Shown here piece after piece: positions 38,007 through 46,441 of a DNA stretch of 64,000 bases. The stretch covers positions 3,705,960 through 3,769,959 of the forward strand of contig OZ244139.1 in NCBI GenBank assembly GCA_965216205.1. Reading direction: 5' to 3'. The first letter of the stretch is position 1; each line of letters starts with the position of its first letter. The notes under the pieces were generated by a model. It was not told the origin of the DNA. It did not search any database and saw only the letters and a program-made list of their open reading frames with translations. The position numbers and the translations under genes were made by a program. This DNA is from Acidimicrobiales bacterium. Its GTDB lineage: Bacteria > Actinomycetota > Acidimicrobiia > Acidimicrobiales > SZUA-35.

Positions 38007-39608
38007 TCAGAGGAGTAGCGAGCCGTCGCGCCGGAGCTGTGCTTGGGCGTCGTCGATCACCGATCGGAGACCGTCGATCAGTCCGTCGCGGCGACGTTCG
38101 CCGAGCCACAGGTCCTGGATGTCGCGGTACGACTGACGGACTTCGCGGGCGAGGCGGCTGGTCGACGCGACCGAATCGTTGGTGAACGTGTCGAGGCCTG
38201 CGAGATCGGCGTAGCGATTCACGCCGGCCTCGCCGTCGAGTGCCTCCTCGACGAGCTGGGTCAGCTCGCCATGCAATCTGCCGGTCAGCCCGGCGGTGAC
38301 GCCGTGGTCGAGTATCGCGTCGAGCGCCTCCCGAACGTCCTCGGTCTCGGCCGCGATCTTGCGGGCGGTGACCTGCGAGAGCCGTCGGCCACCGCCGGTC
38401 GTCGCCTCGGCGGCGACGTAGGTGCGCTCCTCGATGCCGAGGGCGTCGAAGAGTTGCGTCCCGCCGTCGTCGACGGTGAGGGATCCACCGGCCTTGGACT
38501 CGAGCCGGATCTGTCCGTTCGGTAGGAGGCGGGCGTTGACGCCGTTCGCGCTGCCAAGGGCGACCAGGAGCGTGTTGACGGTGTCTGTCGAGGGGTCGAG
38601 GGCGATGATCGTGCCGTTGACGGTCACGGTGCCGGCGGTGACCACCGCGAACTGTGCGAGGTCCGACAGGGGCTTGTCGACGTCGGCCGCCTCGCCCCGG
38701 ACCGGACCGAGGCCATCGAGCTTGAGGGCGGCGACGAAACCGGAACTGTCGTTCTCGAGCCGGACCTCGCTGTCGCTCCCCGCCGTGTTGCCGGTGATCG
38801 TCACCCGATCGGCGACGCTGTCGTAGCTGGCGGTCACGCCGGCAGCCGAGTTGTCGATGCGGTCCAGCACGTCGTTCAGCGAGTCGCCGGCGTTGACGGC
38901 GATGGTGACGCCGTTGAGGTCGAAGCTTCCGTCGTTGATGGTGAAGCCGGCGTCGAGCTGCGCCGCCTCGGTTCCGGCGCCATTGAACGCCTTCGTCGGA
39001 TCGAGCGAGGTGCCGACCGATGTCGACACATCGATCGTGAACGTGTCGCCGTTCTCGAAGTCGCCCGCTCCGAAGGTGAGCTCGAGCCCGTTGGTCATCG
39101 CGAAGGTCTCGCCCGGTGTGAGGCCGGTGACCGTGAGCCGGTCGATCTCGTTGCCTGCGCCATCGCGGATGAAGATCCGGGTGGGGAAGCCGGTCCCGAG
39201 CGGACCGAGGTCGACGGTGGCGGTGAGCGTGTCATCCCCCTGCGAACCGTCGTAGGTGCCGGTCACCGCGATGCTGCGCGTGGAGCCGCCGGTCCACGCC
39301 GGGGTGCGGGAGCTGTAGGAGGTCGGTGTCGTGTTGACCTCGGTGTGCGAGCTCAGGGTCGCTGCGGTCCCGGTCGTCGACAGTCCGAGGGCGATCGAGT
39401 CGACGAATGCCACACCGGCCGCCGTGGTGCCGCCCCGCTGGAGTCGCGCCGAGCGGAGCACGTTGCGGAAGTCGACCAGCTCGTCCTCGAGGCGCTCCAG
39501 CTGCGCGGTCAGCTTGTAGCGCGAGGGTGGCGGCGGCGCCTCCACCGGCCGCGGCCGCACCTGGAACCGACCCGGATCCAAGCCCACGGGTCTAACGACA
39601 ATCCGCAT
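38007..39608 (-). CDS. protein with repeated flagellin-hook IN-type motifs (FliD-like central region), not in a flagellar context
   Basis: ..GSFDLNGVTIAVNAGDSLNDVLDRIDNSAAGVTASYDSVADRVTITG.. and ..GTVTVNGTIIALDPSTDTVNTLL..GVNARLLPNGQIRLES.. resemble the IN motif of FliD/flagellins. The termini do not look like FliD_N/FliD_C. The start is uncertain. Confidence 0.6.
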   Translation of the reverse strand: MRIVVRPVGLDPGRFQVRPRPVEAPPPPSRYKLTAQLERLEDELVDFRNVLRSARLQRGGTTAAGVAFVDSIALGLSTTGTAATLSSHTEVNTTPTSYSSRTPAWTGGSTRSIAVTGTYDGSQGDDTLTATVDLGPLGTGFPTRIFIRDGAGNEIDRLTVTGLTPGETFAMTNGLELTFGAGDFENGDTFTIDVSTSVGTSLDPTKAFNGAGTEAAQLDAGFTINDGSFDLNGVTIAVNAGDSLNDVLDRIDNSAAGVTASYDSVADRVTITGNTAGSDSEVRLENDSSGFVAALKLDGLGPVRGEAADVDKPLSDLAQFAVVTAGTVTVNGTIIALDPSTDTVNTLLVALGSANGVNARLLPNGQIRLESKAGGSLTVDDGGTQLFDALGIEERTYVAAEATTGGGRRLSQVTARKIAAETEDVREALDAILDHGVTAGLTGRLHGELTQLVEEALDGEAGVNRYADLAGLDTFTNDSVASTSRLAREVRQSYRDIQDLWLGERRRDGLIDGLRSVIDDAQAQLRRDGSLLL

Positions 39609-39724
39609 CGCTGCCTGTCGCTAGTGGGAGACGCATGATCCCTCCTATCGACAATCGCGATGGGTCTCTTGAACGGCCGCTCAAACGAGCACTGGCATCC
39701 GCACTCGTGAGGCTGCGAATGCGT

Positions 39725-40403
39725 TCAGCGGTGGGGCATCGGGCGCTCGACGCCCGAGGGGTCGCCGCGACCGAGCGACGTCTCGTCGAACATGAGCGAC
39801 TCGACGTCGCTGTGCCGATACCGACGAAAGGTGCCACGGCGGACGCCGGAGTACGCGTCGGAGTACACGATCCAGACCCGAATCTCAGCGACGTCAGACT
39901 CGGCCTCGTCCCTGGACGTAACCGAACCGGGCCTCAACTCGAAGACGTCGTCGATGCTGTCGAATGTCGTCTGCGGAAACAGAACTCGCACTGGTGCCAT
40001 CGCGTCGACGTCCAGCGCCAGGGCCACGGTCTTGCGATGCTTCGGACCCCACGAAGTCGCCTCCGAGCACATCGAGGCGAACGATTTCGTTGTTCGTCTC
40101 CCGTCTCAGTTGGGGGAGATAGAAGTAGGCGTGAATCTGCACATCGACCACGCTTCGTTTTCCCCGTTGGTTCTGGAGCTTCAGTCGGTAGTCGATCGAC
40201 CTACCGTCCGGCCCGGGCGACCTGCTGACGAACGATGAGAGGCCGACCGAGGGTCGAAGAGCGTGGTTTATCGCCAACCAAGCCAGAAGAGAAGTGGTAA
40301 CCCCGAATAGCACGCTCATCAGCACAGCCACCATCAGCTCGAACGTAGCCGGCGTGCCGGGCCACCTCGACGGAGCGATGAGGAGGCGCCGGTCCGTGCG
40401 CAT
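39725..40403 (-). pseudogene. membrane-anchored orphan protein split by an apparent +1 frameshift at a G4 run (40050..40047)
   Basis: ORF 39894..40403 is protein-like up to ..EIVRLDVLGGDFVG. ORF 39725..40072 is protein-like from ..PKHRKTVALALDVD... The remainders of both ORFs are Arg/Gly noise. The region has low GC. Confidence 0.45.
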
Positions 40404-40430
40404 GCGCGGCTCTCGATGTCGCGCCGAAAC

Positions 40431-40498
40431 CGGTTCCGCGGAACCGTTTCCGGGTCTGAAGTCGCGTGTCGACTACCTCAAGCGGTTCCGCGGAACCG
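40431..40498. promoter_or_regulatory. two identical 16-bp perfect palindromes CGGTTCCGCGGAACCG, 52 bp apart (operator-like)
   Basis: The copies lie at 40431..40446 and 40483..40498, between the orphan gene start (40403) and tRNA-Ala (40642). Confidence 0.5.
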
Positions 40499-40640
40499 GT
40501 TCTAGCCGTCGTTGCGTCACGATCGTCTCTGAGACACCGGGTGGACCAACGGGCTTTGCATGAACCTGGTGCAGAGTTGCGGCTGAACATCGATTGCGGT
40601 GGAGCGACCCGTAGGCCGCCGAACCAAGGGGCGAACAGAC

Positions 40641-40715
<75 letters not shown>

Positions 40716-40777
40716 GAAGGGACGACCTACGATAGCCGGCCGAGCGCCCGCTCGGACCCGATATCTCGGCGGCCGAG

Positions 40778-41341
40778 CTACCCGTCCGACACGTCGACAT
40801 GTTGGGGGCAGATCGCCGTCACCGCAGCGGCCATGATGAGCGGCGTGTCCTCACCGAAGCCAGCCGCCAGCAGACGGCTGATCTCGGCGTCGACGGTGGT
40901 GCCGTTGTCGAAATCACGGCAGATCGTCAATCCCCGCTCGTAGATCTCCTGCTCGCCGATGCTCTCGACCAGGTCGCTGCCTTCCAGCGCTGCGTAGAAG
41001 TCGGAGGTGGCGGGATCGATCTCGTCGAACGGCCGGTAGTCGGACGGCTCTTCCGAAGCGGCCTCGTCGCCAGCGCCAGACTCGTCGGCGTCACCGGCCT
41101 CGTCGCCAGCATCAGAACCATCGGCGTCTGCACCCTCTGCGTCGGCGCGAGCAGCGTCCGCCGGATCGTCGGCGGCAGCTGAGCTGTCCGACGTATCGGC
41201 GTCAGCAGCAGCGGGGTCAGCCGCAGTGGTGTCCGCGGTCTCGTCGCCGTCGTCGCTGCCGCAGGAGACGAGCAGTACGAGGCTGGCGAGCACCGCGACG
41301 AGGAGACCGGCTGCGGAGTGATGCTTGGACACGTTCGGCAT
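40778..41341 (-). CDS. lipoprotein with acidic linker and DUF732-like C-terminal domain
   Basis: It has the lipobox LLVSC and a D/A-rich linker. The C-terminus has paired Cys (..LTICRDF...AAVTAICPQH). Confidence 0.6.
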   Translation of the reverse strand: MPNVSKHHSAAGLLVAVLASLVLLVSCGSDDGDETADTTAADPAAADADTSDSSAAADDPADAARADAEGADADGSDAGDEAGDADESGAGDEAASEEPSDYRPFDEIDPATSDFYAALEGSDLVESIGEQEIYERGLTICRDFDNGTTVDAEISRLLAAGFGEDTPLIMAAAVTAICPQHVDVSDG

Positions 41342-41399
41342 AGGCCGGTCACGCTAGGGCACGGTCGCAGCGAACGGCGGTCGCGGCCGGGGCAACCGG

Positions 41400-42386
41400 T
41401 CAGCTCTGGTTGACCGCCTTCTGAGGCGCCGGGCCGAGATCCGTATCGTCGTCGAGGGCGGACTCGATGTGGATCGGCTGCGGCTTCCGCCGCGACCGAG
41501 CCGACGACGGCGTGTCCTTGGCCGCCCGGGTGAAGATCGGTTCAGCAGCTCCTGTGCGCTTGTCCCGAGCCTTCTTCTTCGCCTTCGCCTTTCGCGCCTT
41601 CGACTTCGACTTCGACTTCGACGCCTTCGTGGTGGCGGTCTCCGCCTCGCCCGCCACCTCACGCCGCGTCTCATGCGTTGCCGGCTCCGCTGTGGTCGCA
41701 GCGGCCTCCGCCACCGGCGCAGTGTCGTCGGCCCACTCGAGTTGGGAGGCCAGGTCGTCGACCGACATCGCCACGACGGCGGCCGGGGCGGTCGCATCGG
41801 CAGGCGTCGCCACCCGCTCGACGTCCTCCCACGCTTCATTGATCAGATCCGACACATACGACGTCACGCCGACCATCTCGGCCTCGTCCTCCGGTCCGAG
41901 GAGCGTCACCACCCCGGTTCGCCCGAGCTGGATGTCGTCGCGTCTGCCCGTCGAGCGCTCCCGCCGTTGGGCCGCGAGCGCGAGCCTCGTGCGACGCTCC
42001 TCCACGATCCGACCGCCGAGGCGGGTGGCGAACGACAGGTGGGCCACGAGCAACGCGAGCATCGTGCCGAAGAGGTGGACGAAGCGACCTTTGAGTGCGA
42101 TGGCGAGGAAGAACGACACGAACGCGGCGATCAGCGTTGCCAGCGTGAGCTGGCGACGGCGTCCCTCGACGGTCGGGTTCCACCACCGTGCGATCGCCAC
42201 CCCGGCCTTCGCCGTGGATCGCCGCCACAGCGACTCGTGCCCCCAGAAGTCGACGTCGCCGGGTCCTTCGTCACCGTCGACCGCCGAGTCGAAGGCGTCC
42301 GACGTGAGCGCCGGGCGGCTCAGGAGCCACAGCCACGCGAGCAGCAAACCGCCGGCACCGAAGAGCTGGAGGACGACGACCATCAC
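41400..42386 (-). CDS. membrane protein with basic Lys-rich tail, unknown function
   Basis: It has several TM helices and the tail ..KSKSKSKARKAKAKKKARDK... The start codon region overlaps the moaC stop. Confidence 0.55.
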   Translation of the reverse strand: MMVVVLQLFGAGGLLLAWLWLLSRPALTSDAFDSAVDGDEGPGDVDFWGHESLWRRSTAKAGVAIARWWNPTVEGRRRQLTLATLIAAFVSFFLAIALKGRFVHLFGTMLALLVAHLSFATRLGGRIVEERRTRLALAAQRRERSTGRRDDIQLGRTGVVTLLGPEDEAEMVGVTSYVSDLINEAWEDVERVATPADATAPAAVVAMSVDDLASQLEWADDTAPVAEAAATTAEPATHETRREVAGEAETATTKASKSKSKSKARKAKAKKKARDKRTGAAEPIFTRAAKDTPSSARSRRKPQPIHIESALDDDTDLGPAPQKAVNQS

Positions 42387-42892
42387 ATGGACGGTTCGTC
42401 ACGGACGCCGACGTCGGCCGTGCGGCGGTACGGCCCCGACTTGCCACCGGTCTTCTCCCACAGCGCGATCTCGCCGATCTCCATCGCCTTGTCGGCCGAC
42501 TTGCACATGTCGTAGATCGTGAGCGCAGCGACCGAGCAGGCCGTCAGTGCCTCCATCTCCACCCCGGTGCGGTCGACCGTGTCGACCTGCGACTCCACCT
42601 CGATGTAGTCGTCCTTGATGTCGAAGTTCACCTGGACCGCGCCGATCGTGACCGAGTGGCAGAGCGGCAGCAGGTCGGCGGTCCGCTTCGCCGCCTGGAT
42701 GGCAGCGACCCGGGCGACCGCCAGCACATCGCCCTTGGTCACGGCGCCACGCGCCACCAACGACGTGGTCTCCGGCTGCATGTACACCCGACCACGAGCG
42801 ACCGCACGCCGGAACGTGGGCTCCTTCGGTGTGACGTCGACCATTCTCGCTCGGCCCAGGGGGTCCAGATGGGTCAGTTCTCGCTCGGCCAC
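42383..42892 (-). CDS. moaC: cyclic pyranopterin monophosphate synthase MoaC
   Basis: ..THLDPLGRARMVDV..K..T.R.A.A......KGDVL..A..AGI.AAK....LIPLCH.. is typical of MoaC. Confidence 0.93.
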   Translation of the reverse strand: MAERELTHLDPLGRARMVDVTPKEPTFRRAVARGRVYMQPETTSLVARGAVTKGDVLAVARVAAIQAAKRTADLLPLCHSVTIGAVQVNFDIKDDYIEVESQVDTVDRTGVEMEALTACSVAALTIYDMCKSADKAMEIGEIALWEKTGGKSGPYRRTADVGVRDEPSM

Positions 42893-43006
42893 GCATTCAA
42901 CCTAGTGCAATTCGCGCGGAACGGGAGGTTTCCACCACCCATGGAGCCGCGGTTTCTGGATCGGGTCGCGTGGCCAGCCAGGCCGACGCTGCGCGCAGGT
43001 TGGCGC

Positions 43007-43990
43007 TCAGCCGCCGAGCTGGCTCATCGACTTCGACGGACGCAGGAAATGGACCTGGCCGATGGCGTGACCCGCCCACTTCCGGTCGACCTCGCCAGCG
43101 ATCGCAGCGATCAGATCGTCGTCGGAACCGCCGCCCCGGAGGATCCTCCGGATGTCGACGTGATCGAGGGCGAACAGGCAGTTGCGGATCTGACCCTCGG
43201 CGGTCAAGCGAATCCGGTCGCAACTGTCGCAGAAGGGTTCGTTCACGCTGGCGATGATCCCGAACTCGCCGAGGCCGTCGCGGTAGACGAACCGCTCGGC
43301 CGGGCTGCCGTCGCGGGCGACCGGGTCGAAATCGAAGTACTCGGAGGCGACGGCGAGGATCTCGTTGTAGGAGACGACCCGCTCGGCCGACCACTCGCCC
43401 TGGGCGTCGAGCGGCATGAACTCGATGAACCGGACGACGACGCCCCTGGCCCGACCCAGGTCGAGGAAGTCGATCACCTCGTCGTCGTTGATGCCCCGCA
43501 TGAGGACGGCGTTGATCTTCACCGGATCGAAACCGGCCCTGACCGCAGCGTCGATCCCGTCGAGGACCGCGTCGAGCGAGTCGCGCCTGGTCAGCTCCAG
43601 GAACCGGTCGGCCCGAAGCGTGTCGAGGCTGATGTTCAGCCGGTTCAGCCCGGCCGCCCGGAGATCGTCGGCGCTCTGGGCCAGGGTGGCGGCGTTGGTG
43701 GTCATCGAGAGGTCGACGCCGAGGTCGGCGAGCTGCGCGACCAGTACCGGCAACCTGGCCCGCACGGTCGGCTCGCCACCGGTGAGACGGATCGAGGTCA
43801 CCCCGCACCGTTCGACCAGTACCCGGGCCACCCGGCTGATCTCCTCGAACGTGAGCAGATCGGAGCGATCGAGCCATTCCATGCCCTCCGACGGCATGCA
43901 GTACTGGCACCGGAAGTTGCAGCGGTCGGTCACCGAGATCCGGAGATCGGTGTGGACCCGGCCGAATCGGTCGATGAGTTCGGTAGACAC
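43007..43990 (-). CDS. moaA: GTP 3',8-cyclase MoaA (radical SAM)
   Basis: It has the CNFRCQYCMP radical-SAM motif and the C-terminal ..CDSCDRIRLTAEG... Confidence 0.93.
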   Translation of the reverse strand: MSTELIDRFGRVHTDLRISVTDRCNFRCQYCMPSEGMEWLDRSDLLTFEEISRVARVLVERCGVTSIRLTGGEPTVRARLPVLVAQLADLGVDLSMTTNAATLAQSADDLRAAGLNRLNISLDTLRADRFLELTRRDSLDAVLDGIDAAVRAGFDPVKINAVLMRGINDDEVIDFLDLGRARGVVVRFIEFMPLDAQGEWSAERVVSYNEILAVASEYFDFDPVARDGSPAERFVYRDGLGEFGIIASVNEPFCDSCDRIRLTAEGQIRNCLFALDHVDIRRILRGGGSDDDLIAAIAGEVDRKWAGHAIGQVHFLRPSKSMSQLGG

Positions 43991-44058
43991 CGAGGTCAGG
44001 ATACCGGCCGCCCGACAGTGCGAGCCAGACCCGGCCGGGCGCCTGTCGGAACCACGCC

Positions 44059-45267
44059 CTAACCGAAGTACAGCACGGGCACGGTGGCGCCTGCGTCGAC
44101 CCCGTCGCCGTCGGGGAGGATCGCCAGACCGTTGGCGATCGCCATCGCTGTGAGCTGGTGCGAGCCCTGCCCACCGGCCGACCGGACGTGCCAGGCACCG
44201 TCGCTCTGCTGCGACACCATCACCCGCAGGAAGTGGGTCTTCCCGTCGGGGAACCGCTGGAGGGGCTCATCGGCGATGGCGGTGATCGTCGGCCGATCGG
44301 CGTCGAGCCGGCCCATCATCCTGCGCAGCGCAGGCCGGGCGAACAGCTCGAAGCTCACCATCGACGAGACCGGGTTGCCCGGCAGCCCGAACACCGGCGT
44401 GTTCGACATGACCCCGAACGCCAGCGGCTTGGCCGGCTTGATCGCCACCTGCATCCAGTTGAAGTCGCCCAGCTCGCTGAGGATCTCCTTGACCAGGTCG
44501 TAGTCGCCCATGCTCACCCCACCGGAGGTGATGACGGCGTCGGTCTGGGCGACGCCCTCCTTCAGCGCGGCCCGGATCGCCTTGTCGTTGTCCCGGACGA
44601 GGCCGAGGTCGACGGCGTGGAACCCCGCCTCGGCCACGAGCGACAGCAGCGTCAACCGGTTCGAGTCGCGGATCTGGCCCGGTTGGAGCGGCTCCGGACC
44701 CTCCACCAGCTCGTCGCCGGTCGACATGACCCCCACCCGGGGGCGCCGGTAGACCCGCACCGTCTCCCGGCCGATGCTGGCGAGCACGCCGAGATGGCCC
44801 GGGGTGAGCACGGTGCCGGGATGGAACACCTCGGTGCCGGCCATGATGTCGTCGCCAGCCGGCCGGACGTGGTTCCCCGGCGGGACCTCGTCGAGCACGA
44901 GCACGTCGAACCCGGCGGGCCGGGTGAGCTCCACCATGATCACCGCGTCGGCCCCCTCCGGCATCGGGGCGCCGGTCATGATCCGCATCGCCTCGCCGGC
45001 CTCCAGCGCCCTGGGGGCCACGCCCCCTGCCGGGATCGTCGCCGCCACCGGCAGGGCGACCGGGGCGTCCCTGGAAGCGCCCTTCGTGTCGACGGCCCGG
45101 AGCGCGAACCCGTCCATCGCCGTGTTGGCGAACGGCGGGATCGCCTCGGCCGCGGTCACGGTCTCCGCCAGGACCATGTCCCGGGCGGACGCGATCGGCA
45201 CGTCGACCGCGGAGAGGACGTTGATGTCGCGGTTGATCCGGATCCGGGCCTCTTCCAACGAGATCAT
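44059..45267 (-). CDS. moeA: molybdopterin molybdotransferase MoeA
   Basis: ..ISLEEA.......AAEAIPPF.NTAMDGFA.., ..VITSGGVSMGDYD.., ..LPGNPVSS.. are present. Confidence 0.9.
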   Translation of the reverse strand: MISLEEARIRINRDINVLSAVDVPIASARDMVLAETVTAAEAIPPFANTAMDGFALRAVDTKGASRDAPVALPVAATIPAGGVAPRALEAGEAMRIMTGAPMPEGADAVIMVELTRPAGFDVLVLDEVPPGNHVRPAGDDIMAGTEVFHPGTVLTPGHLGVLASIGRETVRVYRRPRVGVMSTGDELVEGPEPLQPGQIRDSNRLTLLSLVAEAGFHAVDLGLVRDNDKAIRAALKEGVAQTDAVITSGGVSMGDYDLVKEILSELGDFNWMQVAIKPAKPLAFGVMSNTPVFGLPGNPVSSMVSFELFARPALRRMMGRLDADRPTITAIADEPLQRFPDGKTHFLRVMVSQQSDGAWHVRSAGGQGSHQLTAMAIANGLAILPDGDGVDAGATVPVLYFG

Positions 45268-45334
45268 GGAGTCAACGTACCGCGCCGCCGACCCACCTCG
45301 GGAACCGCTGGGACCGGTACAGTTATCGGCCGAA

Positions 45335-45715
45335 ATGCCAATCTACGAGTACAAGTGCAAAGAGTGCGGCGAGCACTTCGAGGTCGAGCAGTCGATCACC
45401 GAGGACTCCCTGACCTCCCTACCGGGCTGTAGCGCCATCGACGGCGACCACGCGCTGAAGAAGGTGTTCAGCGCGATCGGGATCTCGTTCAAGGGCGACG
45501 GCTTCTACAAGAACGACTCACGCCAGTCGTCGCGATCCACGACGAGCAGCAACTCGTCCGAGTCGAGCTCGTCGGACTCGAGCTCGACGTCGGACTCGAG
45601 CTCGTCGAACGGCTCGTCGACATCGGGGTCCTCGTCGTCCGACAAGGGTTCCAGCGACTCGTCTTCCTCGAAGACCTCCTCGTCGTCGACCGGCTCGGGA
45701 GCATCCTCCGACTGA
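45335..45715 (+). CDS. FmdB-family zinc-ribbon protein with long Ser-rich tail
   Basis: MPIYEYKCKECGEHFEV...PGC is followed by about 60 aa of Ser-rich low complexity. Confidence 0.8.
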   Translation: MPIYEYKCKECGEHFEVEQSITEDSLTSLPGCSAIDGDHALKKVFSAIGISFKGDGFYKNDSRQSSRSTTSSNSSESSSSDSSSTSDSSSSNGSSTSGSSSSDKGSSDSSSSKTSSSSTGSGASSD

Positions 45716-45737
45716 TCGGGCCGCCCTGGAGCGCCCA

Positions 45738-46403
45738 GTGGCCACTGCCGCTGAACTGTCACGAACCATCCGCAAGGCGCGGGCCGACCCGCTCCGCGCC
45801 CGTCTGCGGTTCCGACGGCTGACCACCCACCTGGCGGTGACTGCGGCGATCGTGGCAGCGTTCGCCGCCGGATCGAGCGCCCCCGGTGTGGTCGCCGCCT
45901 TGCTCCCGATGCAGTCAGCCGGCGGTCGGGTGTCGCCCGAGCTCCTGGCAGTACCGGTCGCCACCCGCGACCTCCCGGTCGGTCACGTCATCGGCGACGG
46001 CGACCTCGGGACACGAGCAGTGCCCCGCTCCGCGGTACTGGGCGAGGTCGCCGACGACCCTGTCGGCAGGGCCGTCTCCGCCCCCATCCACGAAGGCGAG
46101 CTCGTGACCGAGCGCCGGCTGAGCGCCGGCGGCCGCTTCGGGCTGGCCGACGGTGACGTCGCAGTTGGCGTGGTGCCGCCGCTGGCGGCCGTGCCCATCA
46201 CCGCCGGCGACGTGGTGGCGTTGGTGGCGGTCGGCGTCGATGCGCTCGGCGGGGCTGCGGCCCGACCGTTGGGCCGGGCGAGGGTGGTGGCGGTCGACGA
46301 ACGGGCCGTGACCGTGGCCGTCGCGGAGGAGCTCGCGCCGTTGGTGCTCGAGGCGCAGGCCACCGGCACGGTGGAGATCGCCCTCACGCCCTGGGGTTCG
46401 TAG
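45738..46403 (+). CDS. SAF-domain protein (CpaB/RcpC-like)
   Basis: An N-terminal TM is followed by ..VPVATRDLPVGHVIGDGDL....VP.. typical of SAF domains. Confidence 0.6.
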   Translation: MATAAELSRTIRKARADPLRARLRFRRLTTHLAVTAAIVAAFAAGSSAPGVVAALLPMQSAGGRVSPELLAVPVATRDLPVGHVIGDGDLGTRAVPRSAVLGEVADDPVGRAVSAPIHEGELVTERRLSAGGRFGLADGDVAVGVVPPLAAVPITAGDVVALVAVGVDALGGAAARPLGRARVVAVDERAVTVAVAEELAPLVLEAQATGTVEIALTPWGS

Positions 46404-46441
46404 CCAGCCAGGCCCGGGAGTGGGTTGCGCCGGGAGGCCCG

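Noticed and set aside
38007-39608. Calling this gene fliD and the surrounding region a flagellar locus.
   Set aside because: Only the central IN-type motifs match. The termini do not look FliD-like, and no flagellar gene (flgK/L, fliC, fliS, motor or export genes) occurs in the 64 kb.
43991-45334. Molybdenum-cofactor (Moco) riboswitch ahead of moaA or moeA.
   Set aside because: The available upstream non-coding segments are only about 66-68 nt (43991..44058 and 45268..45334). That is too short for the Moco RNA motif, and I saw no matching conserved loops.
45505-45762. An acidic 85-aa ORF antisense to the Ser-rich tail of the FmdB zinc-ribbon gene.
   Set aside because: It is a mirror-image artefact: TCG/AGC-rich Ser codons read as GA(C/G)-type Asp/Glu codons on the opposite strand. 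The zinc-ribbon N-terminus fixes the real frame on the plus strand.
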